A program made the translations under genes and the position numbers. Under the pieces are notes generated by a model, which was not told the origin of the DNA, searched no databases, and worked only from the letters and a program-made list of their open reading frames with translations. A DNA stretch of 64,000 nt from a virus. Taxonomy: Duplodnaviria; Caudoviricetes. Numbering within the stretch: the stretch's first letter is position 1; the number at the start of each line of letters is the position of its first letter. Shown piece by piece: positions 56,608 to 64,000 of this stretch. The stretch lies in IMG/VR virus record IMGVR_UViG_3300028048_000038, positions 256,001 to 320,000 of that record; one strand, given 5' to 3'.

Positions 56608-57693
56608 TTATTCTTCCTCCTTTTTGTTCTTAATTTGAATAATTAACTCTTCCATTTCCTTCTTTCTTCTATCAAGAATATCTGTTACATATGCCAATAT
56701 ATCAGCCTTGGTGTTTTCCTCAGTGAATTCATCATATATTTTCTTAGCTTCTTCAGCAAGAACAGTTGGCACTTTATCAGTAATCCAAGAACGCACAACA
56801 CTTGCAATTTGCTTATGCAATGTATCATAATCATTGAACCATACGCAACAATTTGGAAGTTCTTCTCCATTAGCCCAATCTACAGTTGTAGTAGGAACTT
56901 TAACCATTGTAATACTACCACTCTTCATAGCCTCAAGAGCCGAATACATAAAGCTTGCAGATTCATCAACAACAATCGTGATTGCACCCTCCCTAAGTTC
57001 CTTCGCAAACTCTTCCTTTGATAAGTTTCTAAGTTCCTTAAATGATACCCACTTAAAGAATGGATACTTCCAATAAAATGGCTTAACAATTCTCTTAATA
57101 TCACTCTGGTCTTTTGCGATTACATTAATAACCATCTTCTTAGGCGCAATTGTAGAACCGAATATCTTTGAAATGAATGGTCTAACCTTCTTAAGTTTCA
57201 TATAAGGGAATGACTCGTTAAGTTCTGCTGCTTGGTAGTCTGAATTGGTTATACCCTCTAGAATTCCAAAATCACCAAACTGAGCCACATAAGGCATCTG
57301 TTCAACTACATAATCATAGTTCTGCAAGATAATCACTCTCTTACATGGAAGGTTTCTTGTTTGATTCATAACTTGTGAATAAATCTCTGGAATAAACAAC
57401 ACATCACTAGGTGATGTTCCAACCTCTCCCTTATTAACATTGAAATGTGGGAGACTTGTATATTCCTCCCCTAACCATGCGCCAACACCTACAAACTCTT
57501 CCTCAGTATGAAGCATATTAACATCATATCCCTCACCTTTTAGGATAAGTGCTAAATTATAGATGTATTCAAGAGAACCAGAAGGAACGCCTTTACTATC
57601 GATTACAAAAAAGTATATTCTATTCTCTTTCTTATCTATCTTTGAAATCTCTTTTTCGATATTCTCAATAACCTTTAAATCTTTATCACTCAT
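56608..57693 (-). CDS. glycosyltransferase (GT-B-like)
   Basis: GSLEYIY..A..L...GY, DVLFIPE, ILQN, SALEAMKSG. Confidence 0.65.
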   Translation of the reverse strand: MSDKDLKVIENIEKEISKIDKKENRIYFFVIDSKGVPSGSLEYIYNLALILKGEGYDVNMLHTEEEFVGVGAWLGEEYTSLPHFNVNKGEVGTSPSDVLFIPEIYSQVMNQTRNLPCKRVIILQNYDYVVEQMPYVAQFGDFGILEGITNSDYQAAELNESFPYMKLKKVRPFISKIFGSTIAPKKMVINVIAKDQSDIKRIVKPFYWKYPFFKWVSFKELRNLSKEEFAKELREGAITIVVDESASFMYSALEAMKSGSITMVKVPTTTVDWANGEELPNCCVWFNDYDTLHKQIASVVRSWITDKVPTVLAEEAKKIYDEFTEENTKADILAYVTDILDRRKKEMEELIIQIKNKKEEE

Positions 57694-58021
57694 TGTTTTC
57701 CTCGTTTATATCTTTTATTAGCTCATATGCCTTTAGTGTATTAAGGGTGATGTTTTGCCCCATTGTCAATACCTTTGGGTCTTCTATTGAATCAAGAATG
57801 TCGATAAACATCCTAATCATATCATAACGAATGGTATTTTGACCAGTATAATCATTAACCTTAACTTCCTTAACTTCCCTAGTATTTGGAATCATTGATT
57901 TTGAATCCTTATCATAGATGAAGTTATCTGTAATTTCTACTTCATTGGTTTTCTCATTCGGGTTTCCGAAGATAAAACTTGTAATGTTGTTTAAGTCAAA
58001 AATGTATGGCGTATTTGTCAT
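57686..58021 (-). CDS. hypothetical protein
   Basis: 111-aa ORF overlapping neighbours. Confidence 0.6.
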   Translation of the reverse strand: MTNTPYIFDLNNITSFIFGNPNEKTNEVEITDNFIYDKDSKSMIPNTREVKEVKVNDYTGQNTIRYDMIRMFIDILDSIEDPKVLTMGQNITLNTLKAYELIKDINEENNE

Positions 58022-58617
58022 TCCTTAACCTTATTGAAAAAATTATTATCTGTAATAATGTCAGATAAACTATCATAGTTCAAATCTGCCTCATCTTTAT
58101 GTTGTTCATTGAATTCACGATTAATTAGAACAATTTTCTTTCCTTCTGGTTTCTCCTTCTCAAAGAACTCATTCCTTGCTGTAATAACTGCATCACATTC
58201 CTTCCAAACCTCATCAAGATTAGTAGGGAAAATTACCTTTCTAACTCTAGAGCCAATCTTGCTCAAGAAGAAATAACTAGATTGGATTGTTAATGCCACC
58301 TCATCCAAACTATAAAAGATGATTCTAATATCCTCATCCTCCATATTCTCGATTTCTGCCAACCAATTGTTAATGTCTCTTGGAAGATTCTTATCCATCG
58401 CTGGGCAAGCTCCAAATATCTCAAATGGATAATCGATATATAAGAAATTATTCTTCTCATACTTGCTCTCGAACTTAAGGTACTTCTTAAAGATGTCCAC
58501 CTTATCGTCTAGGTCTTCCCATTCCAATGATGGGTCAAATTCCTTTGCATAATTCTTTAGAATCTGTCTGTTGATATTTCTTACAACATGATTTAGTTCA
58601 ATTCCAATTGTTAACAT
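58018..58617 (-). CDS. degenerate HAD/5'-nucleotidase-like protein
   Basis: TIGIELNHVVRN in place of DxDGV; FFLSK; NREFN. Confidence 0.45.
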   Translation of the reverse strand: MLTIGIELNHVVRNINRQILKNYAKEFDPSLEWEDLDDKVDIFKKYLKFESKYEKNNFLYIDYPFEIFGACPAMDKNLPRDINNWLAEIENMEDEDIRIIFYSLDEVALTIQSSYFFLSKIGSRVRKVIFPTNLDEVWKECDAVITARNEFFEKEKPEGKKIVLINREFNEQHKDEADLNYDSLSDIITDNNFFNKVKE

Positions 58618-58641
58618 AATATTTCTTTAAATAAAAAATAA

Positions 58642-59628
58642 TCATTTTTCTTTATTTTTCAAGGCTTTGTTAAGACAATCTTTACAAATTGGCTTATGTC
58701 CATCTGCCTCTTGTATATCAGCATCATAAACTGACATTTCTTTGCCACATACGGAACAATATCTCTTTCTCTCCGTATTAATCATTTCTGGTGCCACTTC
58801 CTTTCTCTCCTTCTTGGCATATTTTTCAGCCATAGATTTTGAATAATACTTTGATTCAAGGTCAGTTGGTAATCTGAGATATTCATCCCACTCAAGAGTT
58901 AAAAGATACTCATATCCATCTTGTTTAAATTCCTTAAACTTACCACCCTTTATAAATGAATAATTCACTAAATCATCCTCATTATATGCCTTATATGTTG
59001 TAAACGATAAATTATATATTGAAGTTGCTATTTCATTTCTTGAAATTTCATATTCATTTGCATTCAATAATTTCTTTAACTCATTTATAAATGGCATTGA
59101 AGCTGCATCATATGGGTCTGGTTCCGTATTAAAATGTAATGTTGTTTCAACCTTGCCAATCTTTTCATCAATATCAACATCAATCTTCTTTGCAAACTTC
59201 TCTACCTTGAATCTAACAAATGAGTTATAATCTATTTCAAGACGATATCTCTCAATTCCATAATTTCCAACTTGATTCATGGTATCCAATACAGATTGAC
59301 AAATATTTTCATTCTCTTGAGAGAACTTAAATCGTGTCTTATCCTTTGGTTTTTCTTTTTCTTCCTTTACAGCAACACCATTACCAACATATTTATATTT
59401 CTCAGATTCATTTGCTACTCTGTATGTTCTATATCTAAGTTCTTCAACCTCTTGTGTAACTTCACCCTTTAATAAATGTTTTGCAACACGCTTATCAGTA
59501 ACTTGTTGATTTACTTCTGTTCCAGCTTGGTCTGCTTCACCACTACCTAGAATCTCATCCCCAGCAGCCTTAAGACCAAATGGCAATCCATACCAAATAT
59601 TTAGTAATATTTTCTTTAATTTATTCAT
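58642..59628 (-). CDS. hypothetical protein with C-terminal zinc finger
   Basis: CSVC...CKDC. Confidence 0.6.
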   Translation of the reverse strand: MNKLKKILLNIWYGLPFGLKAAGDEILGSGEADQAGTEVNQQVTDKRVAKHLLKGEVTQEVEELRYRTYRVANESEKYKYVGNGVAVKEEKEKPKDKTRFKFSQENENICQSVLDTMNQVGNYGIERYRLEIDYNSFVRFKVEKFAKKIDVDIDEKIGKVETTLHFNTEPDPYDAASMPFINELKKLLNANEYEISRNEIATSIYNLSFTTYKAYNEDDLVNYSFIKGGKFKEFKQDGYEYLLTLEWDEYLRLPTDLESKYYSKSMAEKYAKKERKEVAPEMINTERKRYCSVCGKEMSVYDADIQEADGHKPICKDCLNKALKNKEK

Positions 59629-59852
59629 AATTTTTTAACTTCCTCTCTTATCTTAGATTTTAATAAACCTCTAACTTTTTCTCTATATGAAAAGAATTCT
59701 TGCCTTTCTGAAATCATATTCCTTATATCCTCTGGAATATTCTCAAACTGACTATCTCCAGTTGCGAGTGAATATCCATCAGTCATTCTAGAAAAATCTT
59801 GACAAATATTACTTATCGCACCATATAATGTAATTAATTTATCTAATGTCAT
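59625..59852 (-). CDS. hypothetical protein
   Basis: 75-aa ORF, ATGA overlap. Confidence 0.55.
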   Translation of the reverse strand: MTLDKLITLYGAISNICQDFSRMTDGYSLATGDSQFENIPEDIRNMISERQEFFSYREKVRGLLKSKIREEVKKL

Positions 59853-59876
59853 ATAAATTGCAAAAATTATGCCAAA

Positions 59877-60569
59877 TTATTTCTTTAAGATATCAATTGG
59901 AAACTTGTTACCAAATTTCTCATTAATTATCTCCCTATTCTTATACCAACTATCCTTTAAAGCACCAACAGAATTATGTGCTAATCGGATATTTGTTGTG
60001 ACACCAATCTTACATTTTCCGTCAAAATAATTAGCCAAACAGAAATAAATGTCATAGAAATCAAAGCCGTTTAATTCTCTACTGAAATTCTCAGAAATCC
60101 TTCTTCTATGCGCAGCCATGAATAAACCATCAATAACCACTACTTCTTGTAAATCTTTTTCAAGCAATGGTGAGAATGCTGTCAACCAAGACTTGCCATT
60201 TGCCCTATGAAGTACTTGCCCGAACTTCTTTTCATAGTTCCACCAAGCACCCTTTTCGTCAAACTGAGCAGAGCCAGCAACTCCAATGATTCCATATTCT
60301 TCATTTTCATTGAACAATCTTAATACTTCTTTTCCCCATCCTTCTCTTAGGAACTCGATATCATCATGTATGAAAACGATGACATCACTATCAATCTCAT
60401 TGTTAACAACCATATCGGCATATATCTTTGAGATTGATACCCCTTCTGGATTATGTATCATATATACATGTGTGTCACAACCACAAGTATTCTTGATATG
60501 TTCAATAAAATCCTTATTTTCTTCTGTTGTTTTCCTAGAACAAACAACAACTGCAATATTTTTATCCAT
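59877..60569 (-). CDS. glycosyltransferase family 2-like
   Basis: VFIHDDI, GIIGVAG, IDGLFMA, FDFYDI.FC, H.S.G. Confidence 0.8.
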   Translation of the reverse strand: MDKNIAVVVCSRKTTEENKDFIEHIKNTCGCDTHVYMIHNPEGVSISKIYADMVVNNEIDSDVIVFIHDDIEFLREGWGKEVLRLFNENEEYGIIGVAGSAQFDEKGAWWNYEKKFGQVLHRANGKSWLTAFSPLLEKDLQEVVVIDGLFMAAHRRRISENFSRELNGFDFYDIYFCLANYFDGKCKIGVTTNIRLAHNSVGALKDSWYKNREIINEKFGNKFPIDILKK

Positions 60570-60594
60570 AGGTTTTTTTTAAAAAATAAAAAAA

Positions 60595-60621
60595 GTGAAT
60601 AAGAAATCAACTCTTATTCAC
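60595..60621 (-). terminator. hairpin terminator overlapping a TTGATT-N16-TATTTT element
   Basis: GTGAATAAGA...TCTTATTCAC with A-run. Confidence 0.65.
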
Positions 60622-60630
60622 CTAATTTTA

Positions 60631-61647
60631 TCATTTATTTACAGCCTTTATTGCGTTTTCAGAATTAACAATCAATTTTGCATTCCTAAAACCATGTAAT
60701 TCTTTAACACCAACATATGACATTGCAGAACGTAAATAGTCAATGAAGTTCTTTGTCCATCCTTCCATTGTGTATTCAACCTTTAAGTGTTTCATAAGCC
60801 CTTCACTTGTCTTGGTCTTAGCACCATTCAATGCAATCTGTCCTTGTCTTGATGCCATACCATAGAAAGTGGCAACCAATTCACCATTCTCATTCTTATC
60901 TTTTGGGGCAGCAGATTCAAGCATTTTAGCAAATACACTTCCTACCATAACGTAGTCTGACCCCAAAGCCAATGATTTTATAATATCAGAATAATTTCTT
61001 ATACCACCATCAGCTATTATATATGGGAGACATCGATAATCATCAGAGATTTCCTTCTTAATTTTTGCAATGTCATTAATTAAGGATGCTATCGGCATGT
61101 GGATTCCCGTATTACTAGTACTCAAACAGCCACAACCCGTACCCACAGAACATCTAACGCCCCAAAAACCATGTCTTGCATATTCTTCATACGTATTAGG
61201 GTTTGCAATATTTCCACCCATCAATAATAAATCATCACCATATATGCTTTTTGCCTTGTCTGCAAGGTCGAATATAACTTGCATATGACCGTTTGCAACG
61301 TCTATCAGAGCCTTTAATTTATGAGTGGTGGGCAATTTATCATCCTCATTGCAGAAAACGTCAGAGAACTCCTTTAAAGAGTATGCAGCCCATCTTCCTT
61401 TTGTGGAATAGAATTTCCTTGTATCCAATGGTGCTGTTCTAGGGAGTATGGCATTTATATGATTTTCTTCGAATAGGTTGAAATTATCTTCGCTAATAAC
61501 TGTATCCATTGGTGCTGTAAACAACGGTAACATGCCATCATTGTCCCAAGGTTCGCATTCTGAACGGTGTTTGATGTTGCTCACAACACTTGGGACAATT
61601 GTAACATCGTTATAGGTATAATATGTTCTATTTTCGATTAACCCCAT
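60631..61647 (-). CDS. IMP dehydrogenase / GMP reductase family protein
   Basis: APMDTV, IDVANGH, GGNIA, VGTGCGCL, IADGGI, FYGMAS, SEG, LRSAMSY. Confidence 0.88.
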   Translation of the reverse strand: MGLIENRTYYTYNDVTIVPSVVSNIKHRSECEPWDNDGMLPLFTAPMDTVISEDNFNLFEENHINAILPRTAPLDTRKFYSTKGRWAAYSLKEFSDVFCNEDDKLPTTHKLKALIDVANGHMQVIFDLADKAKSIYGDDLLLMGGNIANPNTYEEYARHGFWGVRCSVGTGCGCLSTSNTGIHMPIASLINDIAKIKKEISDDYRCLPYIIADGGIRNYSDIIKSLALGSDYVMVGSVFAKMLESAAPKDKNENGELVATFYGMASRQGQIALNGAKTKTSEGLMKHLKVEYTMEGWTKNFIDYLRSAMSYVGVKELHGFRNAKLIVNSENAIKAVNK

Positions 61648-62242
61648 TATAAATCCTCCTATTTCTTTTAACGCTATAATTTATTTCAAGCTCCTCATCT
61701 ATATTGTCTAGTTTTCTTATATAACAGAATGGCATGAAATCTCTTTTATTTTCCCAAACTTCACCATCTGTTCCTTCAACATGACCAGATAAATATCCAT
61801 CTTTGAGATTAATATTATCAACTATAACATTCTCAGTTCTTACATCACCCCAAAGAAAAGGGTTTTTATAAGATACAACGTCCCCTATTTTTATGGAATC
61901 ATTGTCCATTATTATATTTTTCGAAACGAAATAATTCCAACGCCTCATTGCTTTTCTGAAGTTCTCCGTAAACATCCCTTCTATTTGCGGAACATCCTTA
62001 TCATACTTATTGTAAACAAGATTACAATTATAAGAGTCAGCTATTTTATCCAATAATCCACAGAATCCACGACTTGCAATCAGTTCATGAATCCATTCTT
62101 CAAATGTCAGTCTGTTTACACAATCACCATCTACCCTTTTAAGTGCATATTTCCTAGGAGAACATACATAATACATTCCCCTTATGTTAGCCATTATTCC
62201 TTGTTCTTTACAAAACCATTTAAAAACTTGTACATCTGTCAT
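61628..62242 (-). CDS. hypothetical protein
   Basis: 204-aa ORF. Confidence 0.6.
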   Translation of the reverse strand: MTDVQVFKWFCKEQGIMANIRGMYYVCSPRKYALKRVDGDCVNRLTFEEWIHELIASRGFCGLLDKIADSYNCNLVYNKYDKDVPQIEGMFTENFRKAMRRWNYFVSKNIIMDNDSIKIGDVVSYKNPFLWGDVRTENVIVDNINLKDGYLSGHVEGTDGEVWENKRDFMPFCYIRKLDNIDEELEINYSVKRNRRIYNGVNRK

Positions 62243-62802
62243 TTCTTATTATTGATTTGTAGGTATGTTAGTTCACTAGCTTGTCTTACGATTGTAGCCA
62301 TAATACTTGAATGCCAACGTGCTTGGTCATCTGATAAATCTCTATCATTAACTGTCATTGCTTCAATCTCTTCAGTTGTTAAAGGTATTCCACACTCAAA
62401 GCACATTGAAATTGAGTGTAAGCCAGTACGAATGGAAGGCAAATCATTATCATATTTGTAAATAAATCCACGTTTCTCGACCTCCCATTGATTATCATTT
62501 GGAATTAATCTAATTGCCTTTGCAATCTGATGCAAAAGGCATACCTTTACTAGAGTAGGTTTATCAACCCTTTTTTCCTCTGGAAGCAACTCATTCAGTT
62601 TCACTGCATATGGTGTAACCACCTTTAAAATAATCTCAAGCAGTGAACCATTATAAGCATTTCCAAACTCATTTGTTTGTGTGAAAGAACCATTCTTTAA
62701 AAGTTCCCCATACTTGTCAACCAAAATACTTGTATCGACACCAACTTGACCTAGCTTCTTAGCATAAAGCTCTAGGTTTTTTTCTCTTTGTTCGTCTGTC
62801 AT
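62239..62802 (-). CDS. HD-domain-like protein (degenerate)
   Basis: AYNGSL, VCLLHQIAK, LTTEE..A, IVRQA. Confidence 0.5.
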   Translation of the reverse strand: MTDEQREKNLELYAKKLGQVGVDTSILVDKYGELLKNGSFTQTNEFGNAYNGSLLEIILKVVTPYAVKLNELLPEEKRVDKPTLVKVCLLHQIAKAIRLIPNDNQWEVEKRGFIYKYDNDLPSIRTGLHSISMCFECGIPLTTEEIEAMTVNDRDLSDDQARWHSSIMATIVRQASELTYLQINNKK

Positions 62803-62805
62803 AAT

Positions 62806-63093
62806 TTATACTTTATAATGTTTAAAAAAATCTTTTAACAAAATATCATAGTTTGATAAATCGAAATGCGTACCTCTTCCACCTTCATCATTAAACCATT
62901 CCTTACGCATTATACCATCCTCATTCTTGTTTTTTATATAGTCGTATAAACATTTTAAACTATTCTGTGGATTAATATAAAATCTGAAATAATACTCAAG
63001 AATAGTGAACTTTTGCCAAAGCCCTTCTTTCTTAAGTTTTAAGGCAAATTTTCTGAACATTTCTCCTTTATATTCTCTTAATCCATCTTTCAT
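62806..63093 (-). CDS. hypothetical protein
   Basis: ATG at 63093 after promoter. Confidence 0.55.
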   Translation of the reverse strand: MKDGLREYKGEMFRKFALKLKKEGLWQKFTILEYYFRFYINPQNSLKCLYDYIKNKNEDGIMRKEWFNDEGGRGTHFDLSNYDILLKDFFKHYKV

Positions 63094-63108
63094 TTTAACA
63101 CCTTTTTG

Positions 63109-63140
63109 CAAAGATATAAAAAATTTGTTAAAATTCCAAA
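63109..63140 (-). promoter_or_regulatory. Bacteroidota sigmaA-type promoter abutting a terminator hairpin (~63145-63173)
   Basis: TTTG-N20-TATCTTTG. Confidence 0.75.
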
Positions 63141-63546
63141 AAAAAATGGGAAGACTTTTTAGTCCTCCCATTCTTTATTTAATATCGGTCATGTACCACG
63201 AACCATTCCCACCAATCATCTTCGAATAATCTATCTACAGTTTCTAAACTCATATGTATTCTACGGTTTCAATAAATGCCTTATGTTCTCCATTCTCTCT
63301 GTCTTCCCACCAATCTAAGAGCCATTGTGGAGGTGTTAATGCAAATTCCCATCCACCTCTGTGCATAGGCTCATAGACTTTCTTTACAACATATTCAAGC
63401 TTCATACCCTACCAAATCTGTTACATTAAGCTTTATTATTTCCCCATTATTATATCTAATCAATAGAAAAGTGCCATCAAATGACGTATCTACAATTAGA
63501 TTGTCATTAATTGGTGAATCGAAATTAAAAATATAATCAAAACTCA

Positions 63547-64000
63547 TTACTCATCAGATTCTTCTTCAGTAAATTGCACATCATCTTCTGTGATGTCAAG
63601 TTTCTTACCACTTGTTTCCTCAATCTTTGCTAGAATGTCTTTCATATAAGTTTTCTTGTATTCCTCTAAAGCCTTTGGATTTAATAGACCATTATGTACG
63701 CAAGACATTTCACCCTCATATGTTACATTCCAAGGTGTTGGCAACTGATTCTTCGTTGTTCTAATCTTTGTAGTGATGCCATATTGATATTTGCTGCCCT
63801 TTGCAGTAGCATCAAGCTTCTTTGTAGCAGCCTTACCAATACCACCCAAGTGAATAATTAATCTAGCGCCATAGAAGAATGTCTTACCACCCTTAAGTTC
63901 AATCGATGGAACGCCACCCATTGAATTCATTGAATCATTCCAAATCTTATTTACACAGAAGAATGTATTTGTAAACTCTTCACTAACCTTCTTTGAAGAT
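63547..64000 (-). CDS. RecA/UvsX-like recombinase, C-terminal part
   Basis: Frame open to window edge: FFCVNKIW...KGGKTFFYGARLII...TKIRTTKN. Confidence 0.7.
   Translation of the reverse strand, partial: SSKKVSEEFTNTFFCVNKIWNDSMNSMGGVPSIELKGGKTFFYGARLIIHLGGIGKAATKKLDATAKGSKYQYGITTKIRTTKNQLPTPWNVTYEGEMSCVHNGLLNPKALEEYKKTYMKDILAKIEETSGKKLDITEDDVQFTEEESDE

Noticed and set aside
1-64000. Genome-wide TAG-to-Gln recoding as in Lak phages
   Set aside because: Standard-code ORFs tile the window, including 1454- and 789-aa genes, and several TAG stops overlap the next gene normally (9421, 37647, 61628).
1-64000. tRNA or rRNA genes
   Set aside because: No cloverleaf or rRNA-like sequence recognised in the short intergenic gaps; checked by eye only.

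Overview
A 64-kb internal segment of a large, AT-rich, T4-superfamily-like (jumbo) tailed phage in standard genetic code. Seven TTTG-N19/20-TAnnTTTG-type promoters and A-rich leaders without Shine-Dalgarno sites point to a Bacteroidota host. Recognisable genes: RpoD-like and gp55-like sigma factors, SbcC/gp46, RuvC-like resolvase, primase, SNF2 helicase, partial RecA/UvsX, PhoH, IMPDH/GMP reductase, GH108 endolysin, fibre/baseplate/neck proteins and four glycosyltransferases. Mobile DNA: three zinc-repeat free-standing homing endonucleases and one tnpB-only IS605-group element whose ends match the IS608 layout. Main unexplained signals: (1) about a dozen unrelated, apparently late proteins share a portable RLTESDLHxxVxExVxxxLxE / I-NESQ tag with L-x-E sites, suggesting a capsid-loading cargo system; (2) the candidate late promoter ATATTTAT(A/T) is the reverse complement of the T4 late box; (3) homing-endonuclease cassettes appear to replace the termini of neighbouring genes; (4) structured non-coding elements at 30538-30641, 48573-48669 and 55634-55817; (5) repeated promoter-hairpin units and a duplicated terminator bounding accessory cassettes. 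All calls are by-eye motif recognition; no searches were run.
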